Shown piece after piece: positions 1 through 12,344 of a DNA stretch of 59,158 nt (positions are counted from its first letter, which is position 1; the number at the start of each line of letters is the position of its first letter). Under the pieces are notes generated by a model. It made no database searches. It saw only the letters and a list, made by a program, of their open reading frames with translations, and was not told where the DNA came from. The stretch comes from Octopus bimaculoides (taxonomy: Eukaryota): NCBI RefSeq assembly GCF_001194135.2, contig NC_068986.1:4173307-4232464 (forward strand), given 5' to 3'. Both the position numbers and the translations under genes were made by a program.

Positions 1-35
<35 letters not shown>

Positions 36-504
36 GTATATGCATAAAAGAAAAGAGAGAAGAATGAATGCATTTAGAAGGGGTCAAAAGTATTCAAGAA
101 GGTCATTAGGAGTTTATCAAGATTAGAAGAATTGGCTGGTATGTGAAGAACTGTGTTGAATGAAAGTAAACAGCCCAGAAGAGAAGATAAGAAATAAAAA
201 GGTAAAATAAAATAAAATATATGGTCATAAAATTTAGAGTTTGCATATTTAGATACATTAACAACTTATACAGGCATAAATAGATATGTATTCATGTGTA
301 TAGACACACATTGATACATTCATTTACAGATAGACATGCATACATACACACACATACACACACCCACACAAACACACACACACACTTATTCTTTTACTCA
401 TTTCAGCCATGCACCTTCCACCCCACCCACTCACTGTGTGTGTGGGGGGGAGCACCTGGGTGAAAGTGGGGGAATCCTAACCACTACACCACATGGGATA
501 TATA

Positions 505-622
505 GAGGAGTGTAGCTAGAGTGGGGCAAGCAGGGCACATGCCCTGGGCGCCACTTTGAATGGGGCACAATTTTGGCCAATTTTATGCTTGTCCTGGGCA
601 CAACTTACCCTAGCTAGACCCC

Positions 623-624
<2 letters not shown>
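505..624. mobile_element. PIF/Harbinger-like MITE (~120 bp)
   Basis: Imperfect TIRs AGAGGAGTGTAGCTAGAG ... CCCTAGCTAGACCCCTG resemble the AGGGG(C)GTAGCTAG ends of Harbinger MITEs. TA-rich flanks. Confidence 0.55.
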
Positions 625-662
<38 letters not shown>

Positions 663-753
663 CATACATACATACATATANNNNNNNNNNNNNNNNNNNN
701 NNNNNNNNNNNNNNNNNNNNNNNNNNNNNNNNNNNNNNNNNNTATATTTACAT

Positions 754-1148
754 AGGTGCAGGAGTGGCTGTGTGGTAAGTAGCTTGCTTACCAACCACAT
801 GGTTTTGGTTTCAGTGTCTTCTACTATAGCCTTGGATTTGTGAGTGGATTTGGTAGAAGGAAAATGAAAGGAGCCCATCGTATATATGCATATATATATA
901 TGTATGTGTGTGTGTGTGTGTGTGTGTGTATGTTTGTGTGTCTGTGTTTGTCCCCCGCCAACATTGCTTGACAACCGATGCTGGTGTGGTTACGTCCCTG
1001 TAACTTAGCAGTTTGGCAAAAGAGACTGATAAAATAAGTACTAGGCTTACAAAGAATAAGTCCTGGGGTCGATTTGCTCAACTAAAGGCGGTGCTCCAGC
1101 ATGGCCGCAGTCAATTGACTGAAACAAGTAAAAGAGTAAAAGAGAGAG
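754..1148 (+). mobile_element. tRNA-derived SINE, family A (internal deletion in head)
   Basis: Head GGTGCAGGAGTGGCTGTGTGGTAAG, internal TA/TG microsatellite, 3' half ending ATGGCCGCAGTCAA..GACTGAAACAAGTAAAAGAG. Homologous to the copy at 15546-15962. Confidence 0.9.
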
Positions 1149-1384
1149 TAAGCGTATATATATACACACACACACATATACATATATATAAATATGCACA
1201 TTATATATACATATGTTTATATATATATATGTACATATATGTATATATATGTATATACTTTCACATTATTTACATATATGTGTGTGTGTGTATTTTACAC
1301 ACACACACATATGTAACATATCTAGTTGTATGTTTATGCCCATATACTCAGATGTGCAGGTGTGAGCATGTATGTATAAGTGCA

Positions 1385-1415
<31 letters not shown>

Positions 1416-1417
1416 TT

Positions 1418-1524
1418 AGATTGGAGCCTGGTGTTGCCATCCAGTTTCACCAGTCCTCAGTCAAGTCGTCCAACCCATGCTAGCATGGAAAGCGGACGTT
1501 AAACGATGATGATGATGATGATGA
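1418..1524 (+). mobile_element. RTE LINE 3' terminus with (GAT)n tail
   Basis: GATTGGAGCCTGGTG...CCAACCCATGCTAGCATGGAAAGCGGACGTTAAACGATGATG, the same tail as at 25.9 kb and 42.9 kb. Confidence 0.85.
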
Positions 1525-1824
1525 TATATAATTATATATATCTGTGTATGTGTATATGATTCGAAGCACAAACACAAAAAAAATATTTTTGTCTAAGTAT
1601 TATCTTCCTTTCAACTTCTACTTCCTCTTCTTCCTCTTAACAGTTACAACAGCGAAAGCTGATTACATAATTTTCTCTAAACTAGAATGTATACTTTCCA
1701 CGTTTATATTTGAATTTTTTGCATTTCAATAACTTTTCTCTGATTTTACTCAGTCTTGAATTTGATGGACAAATAGCGGTATGTAAGCTGACTCAAGACA
1801 TCTCTAATGAGACTTTTCATTGAT

Positions 1825-1874
1825 GTACTTGAAGAGACACAGAATGGGTGGAAACATGTGTTGTACCCAATAAA
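1825..1874 (+). ncRNA. Degenerate minimal hammerhead ribozyme followed by AATAAA (Penelope-like 3' end)
   Basis: GTAC-TTGAAGA-GACACAGAATGGGTG-GAAAC-ATGT-GT-T-GTAC. Stem I is GTAC/GTAC, the core has C3->U and helix II is damaged. AATAAA at 1869-1874. Confidence 0.5.
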
Positions 1875-2504
1875 GTCTATTACACATTCCATCTATTTCA
1901 TTAATACTGTTACCCCAACTGCCACTATGAAGTTTTTGTAGTAAATCTGTGGCTGACAACAGGTAATCGAAACTGTGCCAATGCTTAACTCATCCATTTA
2001 TACATTTAGTACAATTTCTCCATAATATGTGTGTGTGTAATATATATCACATTATAAACTAGACCAGATGCTTTTATACATCACTTGTCACAATGCAATG
2101 TGCTTCCATTTCAGTCTTGATTGCACCATTCTTTTCCATCTTGATCCAGACTGCTTGATTAAATCATATATATAAAACTCTGTGTGTGTAATGTAATGTA
2201 ATGTGTGTATGTATGTATGTATGTACATATGTATGTATGTATAGCAAACAGTTGTCATTTGTCAATGATATAAATAAAAGTGCTTTTATGCACCACAACT
2301 CTGTCATATGCCGGTAAATAATGCAATATCCTGGGTTCTAACATCCATGTTAAAGATTGCCTTTTGGTCTTAAAACTGCTACTATCACCATTAATTATTT
2401 TTTAATTTGTCCATTGACCATTTGTGATATCAATCCCTACATTGACACTGATATTTTATGTATAGCTGGCAGGAGATTTGTTGCTATATTGCTACTGGAT
2501 GTCT

Positions 2505-2547
2505 GCCACTGAAGAGCCCAAAACAGTGTGAAATCATGTGACCTGGC
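2505..2547 (+). ncRNA. Degenerate hammerhead-like motif
   Basis: GCCA-CTGAAGA-GCCCAAAACAGTGT-GAAA-TCATGTGACC-TGGC. Stem I is GCCA/TGGC; helices II and III are eroded. Confidence 0.35.
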
Positions 2548-2724
2548 ATTTCTGGTGGCCATAGCAGACTGTTCTCATCTGTCAATGATATAAATGCAAG
2601 TGCTTTTATGCTCCATAAATCCTCATGAGAGGTCCCCTGAAGGTTAGTAACAGTATCCTGTGTTCTAACTCCACATCCATGTTAAGTCCATGTTAAGTCT
2701 TGTGTGTGTGTATGTGTGTGTGCA

Positions 2725-2766
<42 letters not shown>

Positions 2767-2773
2767 CACAATG

Positions 2774-2895
2774 GACTTCTTTCAGTTTCCTACCAAATCC
2801 ACTCACAATGCTTTGGTCAGCCAGTAGCTGCAGCAGAAGAACACTTGCCCAAGGTGCTGGAAAGCAAACTTCTTACCATACAGCCATGCCTGCAT
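2774..2895 (-). mobile_element. SINE family A, 5' half
   Basis: Reverse complement of the family A head (CTTTCAGTTTCCTACCAAATCCACTCACA...CCATACAGCCATGCCTGCATC). Confidence 0.8.
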
Positions 2896-3885
2896 CTGTA
2901 TAATTCTATATAAATTTGAATTTAAAGTGAATTCAATAGTTTTGTGTATTATTATATAACTAGAAATTACCCTTAAAGCAAAACTAGAAACATTCTCATT
3001 CATGGAATTATTTAATTTTATACTAATTTTGTCATTGACTGGTTTTAGAATTAAAAAACACTGCATTATGTCATGTATGTAATATATACATGTATGTATG
3101 TAATATAATTCTAATTCCTTCTCTGTTTTTGTTGATTTGTAGCAGTTCAAAAGTAATAGTAACTATATTAATCGTTCCCCTCTTTGAGAACCTACAAAAG
3201 CCAAGGGTATGTCCTCTTCCTCTTGCAAACCTCAACATTACAAGAAAAGAATTATACAGTATAATTAATTATATTTGCTTTATTCATCAAAGAGCAGTGG
3301 ATCTGGATGAACTAGTAGAGAGACAGAATGTTTCAAAGTATCTAGTTACAACTTTATGTTGTAGGTTCAAACCTTGTATAGTTGTAGTGAGAATATTCAG
3401 CAATCACCCAAATGTCTCAATTCACTGGAGTGTTACCTGCATGATCAGCTAATCTAACTAATTGCAACTTTGCCTAGAAAGAATACTACCTATGTGATCA
3501 ACAAAATCTGGCCAATCACAACTTCATATGGAATAGGCTCCATCAACCATATCAATTTTTGGCGCCTCCCTTTCTGAGCCCATCAACAGATGTAAAATGA
3601 CATACACACACATACACATTCACCAGAAAGAGGGCTTTGGGATGTAACTGAAATGACAAGGCAGATGGATTGTGAACAGACACAGGCAGCAGTTGAACCT
3701 AACTAATATCATCATAACAAACCGCTGGCAGAAACACCACTCACAGTCACTTTTCTAATACTATTTCAATTAGGATAATATCCAAATTCTCTCAACGTTC
3801 ATCATAATACTAGTACAATTACCCCAAGAAAATAACATTCAAACTCTCTCAACATTGATTGAAATACTATGTGAATAACATCTTA

Positions 3886-4095
3886 AGGCAGAATCGTTAG
3901 CTCACCAGGCAAAATGCTTAGCAAGCATTTCATCCATCTTTGCGTTCTGAGTTCAAATTCTGCCAAGGTTGACTTAGCCTTTCATCCTTTCAGGATTGGT
4001 AAATTAAGTACCAGTGAAACCCTGGGGTTGATGTAATTAACCAGTCCCCTCCCCTAAAATTTCAGGCCTTGTGCCTTCAGTAGAAGGGACTATTT
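3886..4095 (+). mobile_element. SINE family C (GGCAGAATCGTTAG head, ATAAGTACCAG core)
   Basis: GGCAGAATCGTTAGC...TTCTGAGTTCAAATTC...CTTTCATCCTTT...AAGTACCAGTG...GGCCTTGTGCC. Repeated many times in the window. Confidence 0.85.
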
Positions 4096-5191
4096 CAATA
4101 ACATCCATACCCTCTCAACAAGAAATAAAGTTTGTTCATTTTCTTCTATGTCAATTGTTGACCTCTGACGCTAGAAATAACAGCCAGCATCAGCTATCAT
4201 ATACAGCTCCTAACATCTAGCTAATCAGCATAAGTACAAGTGGTAGCAACATCTATCAGCCACATATTTAAACTTTTGTCTTTCATCCTTTTAGAATCAA
4301 TAAAATAAAGTATTTGTTAAATACTAGGGTAAGTATAATTTGCTATATCCTTCCACAGAATTTGTGGTCTTGTGTAAATATGAGAAATCTATATATGCTA
4401 GAAGTATTCCAGTTAATTAAACCCTCAAAGAACTAGTTTGTTTTGCTTTAGAAGTATGTAATGAATAAATATTCGTGCTCTGTCTTCCTTTTATCATCAC
4501 AGGTATGCTCTGCAAAATGACTTATTTCTATTCAAGCTAAATTTCTCTCATCTACAGAGACTAACATTGTAAGAGTTTTATTTATTCCGATGTCCATCTA
4601 TTAAGATCTATTTTCACCCATTAATTCCCATTAATTAACATATTATATTAATATAGCAGTTTCTATTTCAAGTCCTAGACAAAAGTGATTTATTGCAGAA
4701 TGTAATATCCTGTCACATTTTCCTCCTATTTATTCACGATGTCATTTATATTCACATTGTACATATATTTTATTATCATACAGTATTTCGCTTATAATAC
4801 AAACATCATAACTCTACCATTCACACTACATAAATCTACCGTTTATACTGAGATAATCACTTTGTCTAAAGTATTGTAAGTCTTCGAAATTCTTTTAATC
4901 CATTTTGTACCCAATATTCAGTATATCATGACAGACATCATTTTTCACATTTAAATGCAATTTGTATTTTGTTTTTTCAGTTAAAGTTCTATATTAAAGC
5001 AAAATGTTGTATAAATTATTTTACTGCTTCCTAAGCATTGTGGTAGATTTCATCGTTCATCCTTGTTATTATATCAGTAACAATACTTCAAATAAACAAC
5101 AGAAACAATAACTTTCGTTATATCTGATTCTACTAGGTTGCCCATTCTGTTTATTACTGTAATATATTTGGTGCACTTTAAGTGGTGAATA

Positions 5192-5425
5192 TGTCACAGT
5201 GTGCCTTGTTATTTTAGAGTATGCCTTTTATTTCACAGTGTGCCCTATATTTTACCTTGTGCTATATTATTTTACTATGTGCTCAGTTATTTCCCAGTGT
5301 ACCATATATTTCACAATGTGTCTCATATCTTAACAGTGTATCTGATATTTCACTGTATGTTCCATTATTTCCCTGTGTGATCTATATTTGACAGTCTGCT
5401 TCATTACTTCACATTGTGCCCTATG
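5192..5425. repeat. Degenerate ~20-bp minisatellite (ATATTTCACAGTGTGCCCT-like)
   Basis: Recurring TTTCACAGTGTGCC / TTTCCCAGTGTACC / TTTCACAATGTGTC / TTCACATTGTGCCC units. Confidence 0.7.
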
Positions 5426-7879
5426 TAGACTATTTTCAATACCATTAACACAGAGTTGTAAATTTACAGTCTACCAATTCTCCTCCTTCAGACAGAGCAT
5501 TTCACTGCCTTTCTTTATCATTATCTTTGAAGATCTGTCTTCTACTGGTGATAAATTTCTCTCTTTCTCACAGAGGGCCTGATATGAGTCATGAGCATTC
5601 CCCTTCCTGTTGTGACTAAGTGATAAAAACAAAACAAAATAAATTAAAGAGATAAAAAGTCAGTGTTATTTGTGTATAGTTTAGCAGATAGCATGAAGAG
5701 TTACAGGATAATGGTAAGTTGATATTTGGAATAAAAGCAAGTTCAATAGGTTAGCCAAATAGAGGAGATATGACATTTTCAGTGTATGGCTCAAGAACAA
5801 AATCCTAGTGTCAGCAAATAAGAAGCAGAGAAAATATTAATAAGTAGATTCTTTAAGAAATAGGTTGCAAATGGTAGACTAGGAAGAACAGAGAATTGGT
5901 AAAGAGAGAAAACAACTTGAAAATGAGCCAAGATTTTAGTATGGAAAGAAGATATTCTTCTTCAGGGGGCAGTACAGCATACCAGTAACCAAGGAGTTGG
6001 AGTGTACCATTCTGAATATGAGTGTAACTTTCAACACCAGAAAATATTGGTGGCATGTAGAGTATCATGAACTCTTCAGCAGTAAAATGTATCTTTGTAT
6101 TTTATAACAAATTCCAGTTTCTTTGATGTTATTAAAAACATTTCAAGAATATGAGATTTCCTATGAATTTACACTGAGAAATTGAGCTTTAGTAAGGGTT
6201 TAGTTATTCAAGATACAGAGAGTATCAAATAGTTCTCTTTCCTTTACATTACAGAATTGTTAAACAATATGAATTTATCAAATGCCCATTAGAGGATAAT
6301 GTAAAGATCATTAATGAGGGGAAAAAAATCAATTTGGTAATAACTGTTAAAATCAATAAGAGAGCATTAGAGACACTAATTATTAGACAGCCTGCTTAAA
6401 TGGTCAGTCTGGAATATGACATATTTGAGAAGAAAGATGAGATAAATTGAGCTGATAAAAGGGTACCATCAAAAAGGTATGTAATGCCAGAAAGCAAATT
6501 GCAGCCACAAGCAATTAATTATTGTTGCAATAAATCTTCTTTTAAAATTCTTTAGAACAAAATTTCTTAGTTGCAGGTAGAAATTTGTAAAAAGAGAAAG
6601 AAGCTAGAAAGTTAGAGTGGGATAGAAGCAAACTCCAAGACATGCTGTTTGTTAATAACAAACTAGATATAGCTTATATCTTTTATTTGTTTCATTCATT
6701 GGACTGCAGTTATGTTGGGTCACCACCTTGAAGGGTTTCAGTTGAATGAAGTGACCCCAATATATTTTTTTAAAACCTGATACTTATTTTATCATTCCCT
6801 TTTGCCAAACAGCTAATACAAGAGTGTAAGCAAACCAACACCAGTTGTCAGAAGTTGAACATTAATTGATGATGATGATATGTATATATAAATATACAAG
6901 CAATAATAAATCTCTAAGCGAGGTATAAACAGTAGCCGCACGACATCGTGAAGTATATTTGCCACCTAAATGTGGCTAACACATAAGGGTTGATGCTACT
7001 GTAGCTTGTAGCCCCAGGAAGACATCTCCTCCAGCTGGCTATTGACACACTTTCTGTGCCCTATACCTTGCTCAGAGATTAATTATTGCTTGTTACCACT
7101 TTTTCGAGATCAGTGACTTTTTGTCGCTGGAAAAAGTATATATATATTTGCATTGAGAATCACTTCCCATCGCCAACCAGCAGTTTTCACTCTTCTGTGT
7201 TCAGCTGCTGTTGCTTAGTGAGCTTATTTGGTTAATGTTTTTTTTGTTGTTGTTGTTGATTATCTGTTGAAATTGTTACGTTTGAGCTCTTGTTGGAATT
7301 GAGCTGTTATTTTTGTTTTGATGAAAATTTTCACCCTACGTTTTCACCTAATTGGACTGTTTTACGTGATTTTTTTACCCGTTGCAGGGTAGAAAATTAA
7401 TTTTGTCATTTTGACAAAAAAATTTTTACACTTTTTCTAAAATTTGGAGGCCATTTGTAAAAATGGAGTTGAATCTGTTGTCAAATAACGACTTTCTGTA
7501 CTCAATTGAGGACTTCCCGGCAATGAAAGAAAGTAACCAAGATTTTGGATGTCATGTGGAAGTAGTAAGTGACATGTCACACTAGACTGAAACAGCTGTA
7601 AGACATTGTCCCATCTTCGGTTACTATATGTCATTTTAATTACTGATATGACATAATATGTCACATGTATTTGTATATTGTTTTTATTGTCCTGTTCTCT
7701 TAGTTAAAAAATAAACAGGTAAATTGACATAATACAATGTCTGCAAGTTGATGAATACTACATATTCCCCTCCATTTTCTTATTGCTATATATATATATA
7801 TATACATCTATAAAGGGATTTTTTTCTCAGACAAAAACCTGCAGCTTCTGGTTTTCCAACAATACACATATGTTAGCTA

Positions 7880-8100
7880 TATTGGTTTCAAATTTTGGCA
7901 CAATGCCAGCATTTTAAAGGATGGGGTTATCTCAATTACATCCACCCCAGTGCTTCATTAGTATTTATTCTATCAACCCTGAAAGAAGGAAAGGCAAAGT
8001 CAACCTCAGTGGAATTTGAACCCAGAACATAAAGATGGATGAAATGTTGATAAGCATTTCTCCAATGTGCTAACAATTCCGCCAGCTTGCTGTCTTACAT
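7880..8100 (-). mobile_element. SINE family C
   Basis: Reverse complement of the family C copy at 3886-4095. Confidence 0.8.
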
Positions 8101-8777
8101 GTGTTAAGTATATTGTATTTAACTAAGTAATAGTGACTTCTGGCAAGATAATTTTCTTCCTTGCAAAAGAATCGAATGGGTAATGAACCAACAGTTTGCA
8201 ATGTTACAAAATTAATATCCTAAAACAATTATCTTGAATATGGTGGGTCTCATCAAAATATCATTTTACAGTTCTAAATTGATGATATGGTTTTACCAAT
8301 ATAACAATAGCTTTACAGTTATATCACTAGAAAATAATTTGTGGAAAAAGAAGCAAGCTTTATATTTTCTCTTTGAGCCTAGCAGAGGAGATTAAACTGC
8401 AGAAATTATAATCTACTTTCATTTGATATATTTCATTCATGTGTTGTTATTCAGTAGATTTATTAAGTTGTATCATTGCCATTTTATTTTAATTTCATGG
8501 TTAATCAACTTTATTAGATTATTGTTGTTGTTTTCTTTTTTTTTTTTAATGTGACTCACAAAGGAAGATATGTGATCTAGTTTTAGTGCCTTCTACTTGG
8601 TGACAGCTTTTAATAATATAAACCTAGCAAACTTAGGCTAACAAAAGCAGATCAATGCGATTTATAGCAAGGAGACACCTGCTTAAAAATGTAAAGATGC
8701 CCAAGATTTTCAGTACATATTTGTTATTGATTCATTTCATTCTTGAAGGAATAGACGTCGAAAAATTATTGCTTTAT

Positions 8778-9385
8778 TGACAGATAAACAAGCAGTTATA
8801 AAAGATATACCTAATTGATAGATAAACCAGCAATTACAAAATGATATATCTGACTCACAGATGACCCAGCATTTATAAAAAGATATACCCATATTTATAA
8901 AAGACATATCAGACAAATAGATAAATAAGGACAGGTGAATCAGTATTCATACAAAGATATATCTAATTGACAGATGAACCAGTTTTTATAACAAGATATA
9001 TTAGTATCTATAGACCAGATTAATCACCAAACCAGCCAAGCTATATCAGCCTTTGCCTTTCCCTTGGATAACATCAGTGGCATGGAGAGGAGAGGCCGGT
9101 ATGCATTGGTGACTGTTGGTCTTCCAGAAATAATCTTGCCTGGACTTGTGCCTCAGGGGGGAACTTTCTAGGTGCAATCCCATGGTTATTCATGACTGAA
9201 GGAGTTCTTTAAGGTAGCACTTCTAAAAGATATAATAGATTGATAGATAAACCAAAAATTTATGAGAGATATAACCAGATTGATGGGTAAGCCTAACTAT
9301 AAAGAGGTACACCATATTAATAGATAAAGGTATGTTTATAAAAATTATACCAGATTGATTGATAAACAAACATTTGCAAAATGGT
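8778..9385. repeat. Degenerate ~38-bp tandem repeat interrupted by an unrelated repeat fragment (~9050-9210)
   Basis: Units resemble GATAGATAAACCAGCANTTATAAAAGATATACCTAATT and recur on both sides of the insertion. Confidence 0.65.
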
Positions 9386-9592
9386 AAGGGCATCAAATAG
9401 TATCTACAATAAAAAGTTTTTTTTTCACTCATCCTTGCAGATTCCTTCTACTTGGATTGATGGTGGTGTTCCAGCATGGCTACAGCCAACAGGCTGAAGC
9501 TAGTGAAAGAATAAATACATACATACATGCATACACACACACACATATATGCACACATGCACACACACACACACATGTATATATGCATATAC

Positions 9593-9640
<48 letters not shown>

Positions 9641-10215
9641 NNNNNNNNNNNNNNNNNNNNNNNNNNNNNNNNNNNNNNNNNNNNNNNNNNNNNNNNNNNN
9701 NNNNNNNNNNNNNNNNNNNNNNNNNNNNNNNNNNNNNNNNNNNNNNNNNNNNNNNNNNNNNNNNNNNNNNNNNNNNNNNNNNNNNNNNNNNNNNNNNNNN
9801 NNNNNNNNNNNNNNNNNNNNNNNNNNNNNNNNNNNNNNNNNNNNNNNNNNNNNNNNNNNNNNNNNNNNNNNNNNNNNNNNNNNNNNNNNNNNNNNNNNNN
9901 NNNNNNNNNNNNNNNNNNNNNNNNNNNNNNNNNNNNNNNNNNNNNNNNNNNNNNNNNNNNNNNNNNNNNNNNNNNNNNNNNNNNNNNNNNNNNNNNNNNN
10001 NNNNNNNNNNNNNNNNNNNNNNNNNNNNNNNNNNNNNNNNNNNNNNNNTATATATATATAGATATATATATATATAACTGATGACCATTGTCCAGAAATC
10101 TTTCATCACATAACTGTGACCTCCTCAACGACACTTTCTGTCTTCATGTGTGCTCTTGCTCTGTTTATTCTGCTCTCTTCAGGATGGTCATTTTTTTGGG
10201 GGGTTTTTTGCCAAC

Positions 10216-10528
10216 TAAACACATGCACTATGTATCTCTTCTCCACTCATTTATTACTGTTCTTATTCTTACTCATCTCCATTGTCCGGAAGTCTTCCGT
10301 CACACATCTGTGACCTCCTCAGTGACACTTTCCATCTTTGTGTGTGCTCTTGCTCTGCTTATTCTATCCTCTTCAGGAATGGAATAAGCAAAGCAAGAGC
10401 ACACATGAAAACGGAAAGTGTCACTGAGGAGGTCACAGATGTGTGACGGAAGACTTCCGGACAATGGACATGAGTAAGAATAAGAACAGTAATGAATGAG
10501 TGGAGGACAGATACATAGTGCATGTATT

Positions 10529-10530
<2 letters not shown>
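10216..10530. repeat. Long inverted repeat: 149-bp arms (10216-10364, 10382-10530), 17-nt loop; extra diverged direct copy at ~10080-10190
   Basis: Left arm TAAACACATGCACTATGTATC...GCTCTGCTTATTC is the near-exact reverse complement of GAATAAGCAAAGC...GATACATAGTGCATGTATTTA. Confidence 0.95.
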
Positions 10531-10569
<39 letters not shown>

Positions 10570-10608
10570 GGATAGGTAGACAGATGGATAGGTAGACAGA
10601 TGGATAGG

Positions 10609-10640
<32 letters not shown>

Positions 10641-12011
10641 TAGATAGATACATACGTACATACATACGTATATACATACATACATACATACATGCATACA
10701 TACATACACACATATACATATATATATATATATATATACATATACGTATTTATATGCGCATACTACACACACACACATGTGCGTACGCACACACACACAA
10801 ATCTCAACTGATTCAACAGAAGCAATAAATTACAAATGTAGAGTATTCTTTGATACATTATAACTGAAAGGCTCCGATAGTCTCCAGTACTCAGAGCTGC
10901 TTGTTTGCGACCATCAGCTGGTAACTGGAACTTAGTTTTCTTTTGAATATCAACTGCCTGAATATGTTTTGAAATATGAAGTGCATGTTTGAAGAAAATG
11001 CTTATCTTACGTTCTTCTGTTTTAAAACCTTTGTGAATAACAAATGCACAAACAGCTGCTTCAAGCTCATGCCTTTGATTTCATTTCTGGTTTTTATGGC
11101 AATAATCTTGTAAATGTCATACCCTTCATACAACCGAAGTCATGAAATTGCATTGCTGTTTATGCAATGTTCTAAGATAATACTTTTGAATAATACTTTT
11201 AATTAATGTTTTTAAAAACAGTGAGTGTGTATGTGGGTGTTCATTTTGCATGCACTTGCACAGACACATATATATACACATATGTACATTCATAATATAT
11301 ACATATATACACAGAATTATATATTCATGTATACATACATACATATGCCTATATACATATACTCACACATATTTAAAACACATAACAATAAGCGTTGTTA
11401 ATTAAACATCTTGAAAACCCAAAATTCATGGAGGCTTGTATTTGAATATCAGATATTTAACCACATGCATACAAAGTGTTAACAGTTCAGTTTTTTTGTT
11501 CAAATTATTGGTGGCTTGAGTCAAAACTCAGTTTTTCACTCAAACAAAGGTTACATCACATCTTTGATTTGAAGCTCTCATTCCTGTGAGGTTGCACATT
11601 ATCTGCAACAGACCAGGTAATTTTAAATTCATAAGGACTTGTCTCACAAGAACCATATAAACTTCTACAAAGTAGTAGCACATTTTTTGTTTAGGCTTGT
11701 AATAATAATTTTTTAATATGAGTTCCATTGCCCCAATATATGTTTAAGACTCTCTACTGCTGATGATTCAACTTTTGCACCATTTACCATCGACTTTGCA
11801 ACAGATACTATTTAGTGTACAGTTCTAGAAAATTCTACACTCGCATGATCTTTGTTGGCTAACTGTTTGCATTTCTCTACTACTGATGTTTTTGCAGCTT
11901 TAATAAAAAAGAACACAGACATACACACATATCATCATCATCATTTAATGTCTGTTTTCGATACTGGCATGGGTCGGACTATATATATATATATTTATAT
12001 ATATATATATA

Positions 12012-12344
12012 GAGTGTAAGTATCTTGAGAGAAAAGCTGAACATTAGAAGCATCAGTTGTGGCGTGCAAGAGAGACGATTGCGCTGGTATGGACATGTGG
12101 TGAGAATGGAGGAGGATAGCTGCGTGAAAAAGTGCCACACCCTAACAGTTGAGGGAACCCGTGGAAGAGGTAGGCCCAGGAAGACCTGGGCTGAGGTGGT
12201 GAGGCAAGACCTTCGTACATTGGGCCTCACCGAGGCGATGACTACGGACCGAGACCTTTGGAAATGGGCTGTGCGTGAGAAGACCCGGCAAGCCAAGTAA
12301 GATCGTTGCCAGTGCCCCTGGACTGGTTCTTGTGCGGGTGGCAC
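12012..12344 (+). mobile_element. RTE-clade LINE, C-terminus of ORF plus start of 3' UTR (runs into gap)
   Basis: Translation REKLNIRSISCGVQERRLRWYGHVVRMEEDSCVKKC...GRGRPRKTWAEVVRQDL...DRDLWK is a typical RTE C-terminus. Confidence 0.92.

Noticed and set aside
1968-2000. CTGACAA...GAAAC hammerhead-like string
   Set aside because: The core deviates at an essential position and the helices are not convincing.
5470-6340. Exon-like open segments on both strands (e.g. minus IHFTAEEFMILYMPPIFSGVESYTHIQNGTLQLLGYW; plus LADSMKSYRIM, IVKQYEFIKCPLEDNVKIINEGKKINL)
   Set aside because: Both strands give equally plausible splice sites, the phases do not chain consistently, and no homology is recognised. 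The plus-strand RKYWWHV segment may be a Gypsy integrase relic.
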